A DNA stretch of 64,000 bases, from NCBI GenBank assembly GCA_036679605.1, contig JAZDCZ010000407.1, positions 64,001 through 128,000 of the forward strand. Reading direction: 5' to 3'. Source of the stretch: Gemmatimonadota bacterium (GTDB lineage Bacteria; Gemmatimonadota; Gemmatimonadetes; Gemmatimonadales; GWC2-71-9). The notes below the pieces were generated by a model that worked only from the letters and a program-made list of their open reading frames with translations, had not been told where the DNA came from and did no database searches. Below, in pieces: positions 51,749 to 60,615 of the stretch (position 1 is its first letter; each line of letters begins with the position of its first letter). The position numbers were made by a program, and so were the translations under genes.

Positions 51749-51819
51749 GCCCTTGTCGTCTAGCGGTAGGACAGCGCGCCTTCAACGCGCAAACGCCGGT
51801 TCGATTCCGGTCAAGGGCA
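51749..51819 (+). tRNA. tRNA-Glu(TTC), C33
   Basis: GCGCG-CCTTCAA-CGCGC. Confidence 0.85.
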
Positions 51820-51821
51820 TT

Positions 51822-51919
51822 CAGCCGAGCCACTGGTTATCGTCGGGTCATGGGTTGAAATCCTCGAACAGATAGCCATGCGACTGGTGCCATCCGGATT
51901 CGGCGCACAAAAAAGGCTG
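51822..51919 (+). ncRNA. Y RNA-like (YrlA-type) RNA
   Basis: GCCGA..GGTTATC..GCACAAA; T-like GGGTTGAAATCC precedes a D-like GG loop. Confidence 0.55.
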
Positions 51920-51935
51920 GCGCTAGCCAGCCTTT
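51912..51935. terminator. Terminator between convergent units
   Basis: AAAGGCTGGC-GCTA-GCCAGCCTTT. Confidence 0.75.
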
Positions 51936-51956
51936 CCTGTTTTTGCGATTCGGTGG

Positions 51957-52370
51957 TTAGGACAGGATTCCATACCGTTTGCCGCCGAGCTGCGACTTGA
52001 TGCTTTTCGCATTTCGCTTTGAAATGATGTTGACTGCGAAGTGCCGACGTCCGTGACTTTTGCTGACGACCATCACATCGCCAGCCTTGGCGTTGGCGAG
52101 CGACACAAAGCCGCCAGTGAAGTGCGTTTCGTCGTCTCGTTGGAAGCCGCGAGAGTGTGCGATGACGGCCGCATCAACAGAGCCGACAAGGGTGCCGTTG
52201 CGCGACACATCAACCTTGACATTGGTCGCGGACGAGGGCAAAAGCGCGTAATTGGACACAACTGGTTGCGGTAGGATACCTTGGACGCTGAGCGGGATCA
52301 GTGGTCCGCCCTGATGCGAACCATTTGAGCCCACATCGGTTTGAGTGAGGATTTTTGCGAATTTCTTCAT
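51957..52370 (-). CDS. Stand-alone EcoRII N-terminal (B3-like) DNA-binding domain protein
   Basis: KILTQTDVGSNGSHQGGPLIP..ETHFTG..AGDVMVV. Confidence 0.65.
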   Translation of the reverse strand: MKKFAKILTQTDVGSNGSHQGGPLIPLSVQGILPQPVVSNYALLPSSATNVKVDVSRNGTLVGSVDAAVIAHSRGFQRDDETHFTGGFVSLANAKAGDVMVVSKSHGRRHFAVNIISKRNAKSIKSQLGGKRYGILS

Positions 52371-52465
52371 TTCATTCTCCTTTTTTCTATCTGCCTGTCT
52401 GCCTGTCTGTTGGGCACATGCCTTTGCACATATAGTTATATGCGCTCCGCAGGCGGAAGTCAACC

Positions 52466-53965
52466 TTAGAACTCAAAGAAAGCAAAGGCCGAGTGGAGGC
52501 CGAGCGCGGCCAGCGACGCCCAGAATATAGTGAGTCCCACATCACGGCTGACACCCGTGTGTGATGGCTTAGCCCGCGAGCCGATGGCGTATCCCAAGGC
52601 CGCGATCAACAGCCCGCTACCCGCCGTCTTGAGCAGTACCCATCCAATCCCTTTCGGGAGGGTGTCTGTCCAGAGGGTGGCGAAATAGTTCCGCCGGAAG
52701 GCGGACACAGTGGCACCGTCGGACGACAAAAGGAAGGCCACAAGGGACGCGTAACAGTTGGCCGCGAAGGCGATTAATGTCAGGATTGGTGCGGCGATTG
52801 CCATGGATAGCGATATGTTGCCGTACAGGTAATGTCTAGGGTTAGCCCCAAGGTTGTGCATGGCGTCGAATTGGTGTGTCAATCGCCTAGTCCCGATATC
52901 TGCCGCTATGGACGCGCCACATTTGCCTGCGATCAATACACATATCAGCAAGGGAGCCACCACGCGGAACGCACTATACCCCGTCGCCGCGAGGAACTCC
53001 TCCATGACCAGCGGCAATGTCATGTCCCTGTACGGCAGTTGCGAGAACCCGAAGAAGATTGTGACGAAGCCAGTGAGAGTTCCTGCGATGACGGCGTAGA
53101 GCGCGGTGTTCCCAAAGAGGACCATGCGCAGGTAGTGCAGGAGGTAGTGTACTTTCCATTGTGGTCGTGACCAGCCACGGAACGGTGCATTGGCGGCATC
53201 CAACAGCGTCAGTGCGACTTCGCCAGGAGCCTCCACTATGGCTCGCATTTGTCCGCTAACTGCCACCACCCGTTGCTGTACCTCTTGCTCTTCCTCAGTT
53301 TGAGATCGGAAAAAGTCGTCCAGTTCCTGCGGAGTCACATCACGCAGCCGTTTTTCGGACGGATCCAGCAGTACTAATCTCGGCTGGTGGGGGATGAAGG
53401 CAGCGTAATCATGGCTCACCACGATGGTTGTTCGCCCTGAGTTTCGGTGTGTCCGTGATATCAAGTCTGCTACGGCTTTTGCCCGTTGTGGGTCGAGTCC
53501 AGTGGTTGGCTCATCGAACAGTAGGATATCTGGCTCCATGGCGAGTGTCCGAGCCAACGCGACTCGTTGTCGTTCGCCACCACTGAGGGTACCTGTCTTA
53601 GCATGAAGCGGCACGGACATCTCGGCGAGCCGGCGTCTTGCTTCCCCTCCCTCCGCCTGTCTCTTCCGGTGGTCGATGGCGAATTGGACATTGTCGAGCG
53701 GGGAGAGTTCGTCGAACAGCGCGAGTTTCTGAAAAACCACGCCGATCGTCGCATCATTTTTAGTGTGTATGTCGCCAGACACCTCCATATGGCTTGTCTG
53801 ACGAGCCATGAGATTAAGCAGAGTGGACTTGCCGGATCCGCTCGGTCCAGCTAACACAATGAATTCTCCATCCTCCACGATCAGGTTTGCGCTCCGCAGC
53901 AGCGTTCGCCCTTCAGGTAGCGTGACAGACAGTGTATCGATGCTCAGTGCGGGTTGAAGCTTCAT
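52466..53965 (-). CDS. ABC ATPase fused to MlaE-like permease
   Basis: GPSGSGKS, LSGGERQR, DEPTTGLD; GASIAADIG..DAM..LG. Confidence 0.85.
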   Translation of the reverse strand: MKLQPALSIDTLSVTLPEGRTLLRSANLIVEDGEFIVLAGPSGSGKSTLLNLMARQTSHMEVSGDIHTKNDATIGVVFQKLALFDELSPLDNVQFAIDHRKRQAEGGEARRRLAEMSVPLHAKTGTLSGGERQRVALARTLAMEPDILLFDEPTTGLDPQRAKAVADLISRTHRNSGRTTIVVSHDYAAFIPHQPRLVLLDPSEKRLRDVTPQELDDFFRSQTEEEQEVQQRVVAVSGQMRAIVEAPGEVALTLLDAANAPFRGWSRPQWKVHYLLHYLRMVLFGNTALYAVIAGTLTGFVTIFFGFSQLPYRDMTLPLVMEEFLAATGYSAFRVVAPLLICVLIAGKCGASIAADIGTRRLTHQFDAMHNLGANPRHYLYGNISLSMAIAAPILTLIAFAANCYASLVAFLLSSDGATVSAFRRNYFATLWTDTLPKGIGWVLLKTAGSGLLIAALGYAIGSRAKPSHTGVSRDVGLTIFWASLAALGLHSAFAFFEF

Positions 53966-55104
53966 TTGCCTGCCTTTTTCGCACGGAGAGTTACCCATGC
54001 CACATTGCGCCTCAATGCGGTGGATCGTACTAGATGCACAATCTCCGGTCGAGTGACTCCGTTTTGGTCGAACATGACCGTCGATAGTATACTTTTCAGC
54101 GTCGGACCGAGCAATTCTATGGTGTGGTACATCTCCTGCCGTACATGCGGATCATCGATGAGCCTCTCCCGCAGGAAGTCGGCGGTGTGCGAGTTCTTGG
54201 CCATCGTTTCACGGTAGATGTCCGAAAGGAGTAGTTGAATCTGCTTATCGTCGCGCAGCCGCTGGAGAATTCCGCCCAGACGAGTTCTGAGTTCCTCGTC
54301 CTGCCGTGCCATGTCCCAAGTCTCATGCAACGCCTCGCGCAGTTCGTGTCGGTCGTCCTCCGGCATGTCAGATATCCAATCGCCGAGCCAGTCCAACATT
54401 AGTTCGTATGCGGCGCTGTAATTTCCCCGTACTATATTCCAAACAATCTGTGTTTTAGGAGCGTCGGCCAAAGCGTTGCTAGCAAGACGGCTCAAAGTGG
54501 GTGTCAGGTGTTCCTGGAGTATTGGACGCAGTCGCTGCTGTATCAGCGGCCAATCCTCGCCTAAGCGATCCAGATGTTTTTGGCTTATGGTTTGCATATC
54601 CCCGCTGTGGTTTCGTATTACCGCTCCAAACTCTTCACTGACCAGACCGATGTATGCCATAGCCAAGCCGCCCGCGATTGGTTTCCAAATTTCCGTGAGT
54701 TCGGTGCCATTATCGCGCCATGCCAGCGAGATGTGGTCGGCCACGCGCTTTCGTATGGCGGGTGGCAGCAAGGCGGACACGGTTTCCTCCGCCGACATCG
54801 GCGTCTGCCAGCAGGTCGCCAATGTGTTGGATAGGTCGCCCAACCTCTGATCGACGGACAAAGCGATTGTGTCCCAGTGGACGGCACCTACTTCCCCGAT
54901 GCGTCGCAGGCCATTCTCTGTGTCTAGGAACACAACATCCCCTGGAGAGATATTGTGTTCCCTCGGGGCAGGTATATGGAGTTCGCTTGTCGGTCTCAGC
55001 ATGCGTCGGCATACAATATATGCCGATCCGACTGCCCCCGACCCCGCTGAAAGCCACAGGACAGCTCCGAGGATTAGATGGATATTGCGGCTACCGCTGT
55101 GCAT
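53962..55104 (-). CDS. Membrane-anchored MlaD-like partner
   Basis: N-terminal TM, PGDVVF..RIGEV, long helical region; ATGA coupling. Confidence 0.55.
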   Translation of the reverse strand: MHSGSRNIHLILGAVLWLSAGSGAVGSAYIVCRRMLRPTSELHIPAPREHNISPGDVVFLDTENGLRRIGEVGAVHWDTIALSVDQRLGDLSNTLATCWQTPMSAEETVSALLPPAIRKRVADHISLAWRDNGTELTEIWKPIAGGLAMAYIGLVSEEFGAVIRNHSGDMQTISQKHLDRLGEDWPLIQQRLRPILQEHLTPTLSRLASNALADAPKTQIVWNIVRGNYSAAYELMLDWLGDWISDMPEDDRHELREALHETWDMARQDEELRTRLGGILQRLRDDKQIQLLLSDIYRETMAKNSHTADFLRERLIDDPHVRQEMYHTIELLGPTLKSILSTVMFDQNGVTRPEIVHLVRSTALRRNVAWVTLRAKKAGK

Positions 55105-55408
55105 TTATTTCTCTTTTATTCAAACGGCGTATCAACCCAGCGTCCGCTCGACCGATTATCATGACGGCTTCCAAACCGTCCGGCAGTTCATTCGTCTCAA
55201 ACTGCCACCATGTCAGCCCCCCGTCTAATGTCAGAAGCCTGTAGACACCATATGTTTCGTCATCTCCCAACCTTTGGGCGAATTTGTCTTTGTAGGCCTG
55301 AACCGTGAGTTCTAGTCCGGCGTTCCTACCCTGCACATCAAACAGCATCGCGATCACCAGCCCCCACACGATTGCTGTTGTGATTCCGATAGCGATTTGT
55401 AGCTTCAT
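55091..55408 (-). CDS. Small membrane protein
   Basis: N-terminal TM. Confidence 0.55.
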   Translation of the reverse strand: MKLQIAIGITTAIVWGLVIAMLFDVQGRNAGLELTVQAYKDKFAQRLGDDETYGVYRLLTLDGGLTWWQFETNELPDGLEAVMIIGRADAGLIRRLNKREINAQR

Positions 55409-55409
55409 G

Positions 55410-56546
55410 TTATTTTCCTGTCTCGGCGAATTTCTTGTATCTTTTTAGGTCATCCGGTTTCACAGAAGGCTTTATCCCCTTCAGTACGGAGAGGATATCC
55501 TGCATCGCGATGGGACGCCGGTCGTCCTTCCCGCCGGATTTTACGAAGTCCATGAAAGGTACGCTCGCGGATTTCGTTGCGAGGTTCTTTATGTCTGCGC
55601 CGCTGTAGCCGTCGAGGGACTCGCACAGTTTATTGAGATTGACATCGTCGTCGAGAGGTCTGTCACCGAGGTAAATTTCCAGCATGCGCATCCGCGCCGC
55701 CGTATCCGGCAGACCAAGATAAGCCATCGTATCAAACCGGCCAGGGCGCATCATTGCGTCGTCCAACATCCACGGTTTATTGGTGGCTCCGATGAATAAT
55801 AGACAGCGTTCCCCGCAGTCGAAGCCTTCCAACTCTTGTAGTATCTGCGGCACTACTCTTTGCATGACGGTTGATCCGCCCGACCCCCGACGTGGCGCGA
55901 GCGCTTCGATCTCGTCGATGAAAATGACGGCTTTCTCCTCTGCCTTCGCCGCATCGAACAATTTACTGACATTTTGTTCGGCCTCGCCGACCCATTTGCT
56001 CAGCATCTCGGCTGGTGACACCATGAAGAAGGTCGCGTCTATTTCGTTTGCCACGGCCTTCGCTATCATTGTTTTGCCTGTCCCTGGGGGGCCGTACACT
56101 AGCAGCCCGCCACCTGCTGAGATACCATACTCCGCCGCCTCTTCCGGATATGCGAGTGGGTGGATCATTTTGAGTCTGATTTCCTCCTTCACTTCATCCA
56201 GACCTGCGATGTCGTCGAAGCTGATGTCCGGTTTCTCTCGTACAATCCAGTCGTTGGCGTCGCTTCCATCATCTCCACTGTGATCCTTAACGCGGCCTTT
56301 CTTTCCGGACTTGCCTTTTTTTGCCGCGCATTCCTTCGCAAGGTCGATGAGCTGCTGCGCTAAGTCCTCCTGCTCGGTGCGCACATTGTCATCTGACCTG
56401 GTCTTGGCGATCCTGAGAAGGCAGTCTGCCGCCTGCATTAGGAATGGTTTGGCCTTGGCATGGTCACCAGCTTTGTAAGCAAGCAACCCTTTGGACTTCA
56501 GGCGATCGAATGTCTCGTACAATGGTGTTTTTGCGGTCACGGGCAT
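55410..56546 (-). CDS. Vps4/CdvC-like AAA+ ATPase with MIT-like N-domain
   Basis: Helical N-domain; REKPDISFDDIAGL, GPPGTGKT, LSKWVGEAE; SVKPDDLKRYKKF C-helix. Confidence 0.75.
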   Translation of the reverse strand: MPVTAKTPLYETFDRLKSKGLLAYKAGDHAKAKPFLMQAADCLLRIAKTRSDDNVRTEQEDLAQQLIDLAKECAAKKGKSGKKGRVKDHSGDDGSDANDWIVREKPDISFDDIAGLDEVKEEIRLKMIHPLAYPEEAAEYGISAGGGLLVYGPPGTGKTMIAKAVANEIDATFFMVSPAEMLSKWVGEAEQNVSKLFDAAKAEEKAVIFIDEIEALAPRRGSGGSTVMQRVVPQILQELEGFDCGERCLLFIGATNKPWMLDDAMMRPGRFDTMAYLGLPDTAARMRMLEIYLGDRPLDDDVNLNKLCESLDGYSGADIKNLATKSASVPFMDFVKSGGKDDRRPIAMQDILSVLKGIKPSVKPDDLKRYKKFAETGK

Positions 56547-56720
56547 TATTGGTACACTCCTGCGGCGCGAACGCTACAGACAGTTCATCTGCGCGGGATG
56601 GAACGCCGTCTGATTATAGCATTCGCACAGGTTGGCAGTCAAGGGGCAATTACTTGCCTTGGTAATGTTTTTCAACCTATTTGATAGCGAGGTAACTGAA
56701 TCTAAAAGGGAGGAACGTAA

Positions 56721-57311
56721 ATGTCGATAGCGATAGAGCGAGGTTACAAAGCAGTGGTCACAACCACTGGAATAGATTTCAGTGGCGCTAGCGGCGGAGC
56801 GACGGCGTCATTTGCGTTGGCCAGCTTAATCGCCACGCTAAACGACGGCACCGCGCATTTCCTGGTGTTGGATTTTGAGTTGGACACGGCTCCCGCCACT
56901 TGGAGGCTTAGAACATCCCTGGATGGTCTCGCCTTCATAGATCAAGGGACGGCGACAGGACCTACAGCCGCGTCTGTCACAGATACCGCACCGAATGTCA
57001 CATTGGCCAATGCGTCCTCGACTGCTTTCGCGGATGAGGTTGTGATGTATGTTGGCCATACGACATTCACTACGGCTCAGTTGGGGAACATGTTCGACCT
57101 AGCTCAAGTTTTCGGCGCTGGTTTGGATCAGTTCAGCCAGTCCTTCGGTGCCCCGTTGTGTTGGCAGGCCACCGCCACAGTCAATGGCAAGGCATGGCGG
57201 GATTCCGGCAGTGGCCCTTGTCCGCCCGTTGTTCGCGTGCCGATGGGTGCGGCGGATGTCGTGGTAACCGACGATGGGATGCCTGTCAGCCCGAGGATTC
57301 TCGAGGGCTAA
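56721..57311 (+). CDS. Hypothetical protein, putative structural
   Basis: GGAGG RBS; Thr/Ala-rich. Confidence 0.55.
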   Translation: MSIAIERGYKAVVTTTGIDFSGASGGATASFALASLIATLNDGTAHFLVLDFELDTAPATWRLRTSLDGLAFIDQGTATGPTAASVTDTAPNVTLANASSTAFADEVVMYVGHTTFTTAQLGNMFDLAQVFGAGLDQFSQSFGAPLCWQATATVNGKAWRDSGSGPCPPVVRVPMGAADVVVTDDGMPVSPRILEG

Positions 57312-57340
57312 GAGGCCACTTGTATTCACAAGCAAGGAAG

Positions 57341-57366
57341 AAAGCCCGCGTGAGTGGGCTTTTTTT
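57341..57366 (+). terminator. Rho-independent terminator
   Basis: AAAGCCCGC-GTGA-GTGGGCTTT plus T run. Confidence 0.8.
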
Positions 57367-57401
57367 GCGCTTTCCGTCGGGTATAATCCCTTGAGGAGGG
57401 A

Positions 57402-57950
57402 TTGGATATAGTGAGAGATCAGGCGAAGATATTGTATCTTGGCGAACACCTGCGTCTGATGTTGGCGGACGGCAAATGGGAGTTCGTCGAAAGGATCAGG
57501 GCATCAGATGTGGTGGTGGTGGTGGTGGCGGCTACATCGGACGGCCACATGCTTCTCATCGAGCAGATCAGAGCGTCACTCGGTGCTCCAGTCATAGAAT
57601 TGCCAGCCGGACTTGTCGGTGACTCTGAAAAGTACGAGAATCTCGCCGCTGCGGCTATCCGTGAGCTTGAGGAGGAGACTGGCTACACTGCGTCGTCCGT
57701 CGTGAAATTGACAGAGGGCCCCCCTTCCGCCGGATTGTCGTCAGAGGTGGTCACTTTCCTCCGGGCGACCGGACTCTCTAAGTCCGATAGGCCGGGTGCT
57801 GGGGAGGGCGACGGGGATGAGGATATAACCCTTCACAAGGTGCCGTTAGGACGCGTGAGCCGTTGGCTTGCCAGCAAGTCGGGGGAGGGCATACTTATAG
57901 ACCCAAAAGTGTATGTCGGGCTACATTTTCTTGGTGTCCCATTGCTTTGA
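57402..57950 (+). CDS. NUDIX hydrolase (ADP-ribose pyrophosphatase-like)
   Basis: ELPAGLV..AAIRELEEETG. Confidence 0.9.
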   Translation: MDIVRDQAKILYLGEHLRLMLADGKWEFVERIRASDVVVVVVAATSDGHMLLIEQIRASLGAPVIELPAGLVGDSEKYENLAAAAIRELEEETGYTASSVVKLTEGPPSAGLSSEVVTFLRATGLSKSDRPGAGEGDGDEDITLHKVPLGRVSRWLASKSGEGILIDPKVYVGLHFLGVPLL

Positions 57951-58001
57951 CATACATACGCCACAATTCAAATTGGCTAAAAAACCGTTTGGAGATATAG
58001 G

Positions 58002-58355
58002 ATGCGCGTATTGCTTGCTCAGATTAACCCAAAAGTCGGTGATATCGATGGAAACCTCCGGATGATCCACGCCATGACGCATGCGAAGCGGTGTGGGTTA
58101 GGGCAGGCGGATCAGGACACATTGCCACCGTATCCATTACTGGACACCATTCTCGAGGCATATGTGGAGGACGGCAGATCATCAGATGAGATCACAACTG
58201 CCACTGGGGAGTCGGACTGGGTTGCAAGGGTCGTCGGGATGGTGGATCGGAACGAGTACAAGCGGAAGCAGGCCGCTCTAGGTCTGAGGGTCACATCTCG
58301 GTCGTTCGGCACTGGTTGGAGGATGCCGATAGTCGCCGAATATCGGGCATTTTGA
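58002..58355 (+). pseudogene. nadE: Glutamine-dependent NAD synthetase with large in-frame internal deletion
   Basis: LAQINPKVGDIDGN joined directly to QADQDTLPPY..NEYKRKQA..FGTGWRMPI. Confidence 0.8.
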
Positions 58356-58441
58356 ACCTATATTTTGCTCTGTTAGCTCTTGCCACTTGTGCCTGCAAAT
58401 TCGACATAAATATCAACAAATAACAAAAACAGGTTTAGTGT

Positions 58442-58470
58442 TTGCCTTTCCGTTAGTAGTGGGATATAAG
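58442..58470 (+). promoter_or_regulatory. Sigma70-type promoter for Y RNA/rsr locus
   Basis: TTGCCT-17 nt-TATAAG. Confidence 0.6.
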
Positions 58471-58474
58471 AGAC

Positions 58475-58532
58475 AGTGAGCCGAAGCTCGCTGGTTACCG
58501 CTATTGATCCGGCAGGCACAAACTAGCTCACT
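58475..58532 (+). ncRNA. Short Y RNA-like RNA
   Basis: AGTGAGC-CGA..GGTTACC..GCACAAACTA-GCTCACT then T tract. Confidence 0.65.
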
Positions 58533-58581
58533 TTTTTGACGATAATCCGGCTCATTTATAGCTGGGTACGATGGTTTGGTT

Positions 58582-58637
58582 CGGGCCGACGCGGACGGGT
58601 TATCTGGTAATGACTCCCGTCCGCACAAACTTGCCCG
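58582..58637 (+). ncRNA. Short Y RNA-like RNA
   Basis: CGGGCCGA-C-GCGGACGGG-TTATCT..CCCGTCCGC-ACAAACTTGCCCG, resembling the Ro-binding stem. Confidence 0.7.
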
Positions 58638-58693
58638 CCCCAGTCTTGCGATGCTTTGTCTCGGCGATTACTTGCCGAACAGAGGCTTCTGTG

Positions 58694-58724
58694 GCCGGAG
58701 CGGTTTGCCGCCTCGGCTTTTTTT
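58694..58724 (+). terminator. Terminator upstream of rsr
   Basis: GCCGGAGCGG-TTTG-CCGCCTCGGC plus T run. Confidence 0.65.
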
Positions 58725-58749
58725 GTGCGGACAGAGAAGGAGAATGGAG

Positions 58750-60345
58750 ATGGATTACTCAAAGCATGTGGCGGACAAGACCCCGCAGTCTGAGCCGATC
58801 ATTGGTCGCGAGGCGGACATGGCCAAAAATAGCGCCGGCGGGTTCTCGTTCGAGCTAGACAAATGGACGCAGCTCGAGAGGTTTCTCGTGTTGGGTACTG
58901 AGGGTGGAACATTCTACACAGGCGAGCGGAAGCTGACCCGGGAAAACATGTCCGTGATCTTGATCTGCGCGAAGGAGGATGGCCCGCGCGCCGTCGCTAC
59001 CATTGTCAGGTTCCGCAGGGAGAACCGTGCGCCGAAGGTGAACACACTGCTCTTCGCGCTGGCGGTCTGCGCCAAGATGGCTGGCAAAGAGTCCGCCACG
59101 GCGGCCAACGCGGCCGTCACAGAGGTTTGCAGCACGGCGACGCACTTGTTTGGGTTCCTAAAGTATGTCAAAGCCCTCGGAGGCACTGGTTCTGGCACCC
59201 GCCGGGCAGTTGCCCGCTGGTACAACTCTCGTGAGCCAGTAAACTTGGCGTACCAGGTCGCGAAATACCGCAGCAGGGAAGGTTGGACGCACAGGGATGT
59301 CCTGCGCGTGGCGCATGTTGTCCCAGAGACCGACGCCCACAACGATGTCCTCGCGTTCGCGGCTGGCAAGGCCGGGGCTGATCCGGAGAAGGCACATATG
59401 GAGATTCTTCGAGCGGCGGAGATCGCGGCTGGCGCGACCACGCCGGACGAGGTGATCTCTCTCATCCACGACTTCAGGTTGCCGTGGGAGTGCATCCCGT
59501 CGGACCTAATGAAGTCGCCGGAGGTCAATGAAGCATTGCTTCAGAACATGCCGATGACGGCCACGGTGCGACAGCTCGGCAGGATGACGGCCCTAGGGCT
59601 GCTCGGGCCGATGTCGGACACCGCGAATCTCGTCATCGAGAGGCTTTTGAACGCCGACGCGGTGAGGAAGTCGCGGATGCACCCGATCCAGGTGCTGGCG
59701 GCTTTGTCCACCTACTCCAATGGTGAGGGGGCTAGGGGATCCCTTAGCTGGAACCCGAACCAGTCGATTGTGGACGCCCTCGACGGGGCGTTCTATGCGT
59801 CCTTCGGGAATGTGGAGCCGACGGGCAAGAGGACATACCTTGCCCTCGACGCGTCCGGCTCGATGGGCTGGGGCGACATCGCGGGCATCCCTGGGCTGAC
59901 CCCAGCCAAGGCGACGGCGGCGATGTGTATGGTCACCGCTCGCACCGAGGCCAAGGGCAGCTTCCATGTGGCGGCCTTCTCGGACGAGATGATCCCGGTG
60001 GCGATCACGCCGAACCAGCGGCTGGACACCGCGATGAGGATTATCGCCGATGTCAACTGGGGCGGCACAGACTGTGCCCAGCCGATGCTCGACGCCCTTG
60101 AGAACGGGATCGAGGCGGACACATTCGTGATTTACACCGACGGGGAGACTTGGGCGGGTGCTGTCCACCCGTGCGAGGCACTCAGAAGATACCGCAGGGA
60201 GACGGGTATCCCAGCCAAGCTGGTCGTGGTTGGTATGACCTCGACGGGATTCACGATTGCGGATCCAAAGGACGCTGGAACACTGGATGTTGTCGGATTC
60301 GATTCGGCTGCCCCACAGGTCATATCGGACTTCGCTAGGGCGTAA
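58750..60345 (+). CDS. rsr: Ro60/Rsr TROVE-vWA RNA-binding protein
   Basis: NSAGGFSF, RFLVLGTEGGTFY, KYRSREGWTHRD, DASGSM, GGTDC, YTDGET. Confidence 0.95.
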   Translation: MDYSKHVADKTPQSEPIIGREADMAKNSAGGFSFELDKWTQLERFLVLGTEGGTFYTGERKLTRENMSVILICAKEDGPRAVATIVRFRRENRAPKVNTLLFALAVCAKMAGKESATAANAAVTEVCSTATHLFGFLKYVKALGGTGSGTRRAVARWYNSREPVNLAYQVAKYRSREGWTHRDVLRVAHVVPETDAHNDVLAFAAGKAGADPEKAHMEILRAAEIAAGATTPDEVISLIHDFRLPWECIPSDLMKSPEVNEALLQNMPMTATVRQLGRMTALGLLGPMSDTANLVIERLLNADAVRKSRMHPIQVLAALSTYSNGEGARGSLSWNPNQSIVDALDGAFYASFGNVEPTGKRTYLALDASGSMGWGDIAGIPGLTPAKATAAMCMVTARTEAKGSFHVAAFSDEMIPVAITPNQRLDTAMRIIADVNWGGTDCAQPMLDALENGIEADTFVIYTDGETWAGAVHPCEALRRYRRETGIPAKLVVVGMTSTGFTIADPKDAGTLDVVGFDSAAPQVISDFARA

Positions 60346-60615
60346 TTGCTGGTTGAAGAACCCATCGGCGTAAGTCAATCATAACACAGGCGGCCCATCT
60401 GGGGCGGCCTTTCTTATGCGCGCTTTCCTGCTTGAGTACATCGCCCTGCCGCAATCCTAGTCCTGATAACGATAATTTTGAAGAAAAACGGCTGCGTTGC
60501 CCTATATAACGCGACCGTTTTTGTGGACAACCTCCCCTATATAATGTAGAATATGGGTAGGGGGAGACACAAAGGTAAAAGCAATCGGTAAAAGACCGCT
60601 ATCAAGGAGACAGTT

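Noticed and set aside
51399..51833. 144-aa minus-strand ORF
   Set aside because: Antisense to tRNA genes.
58576..58749. N-terminal extension of Ro60
   Set aside because: Overlaps a Y RNA and a terminator; AGGAG RBS fits 58750.
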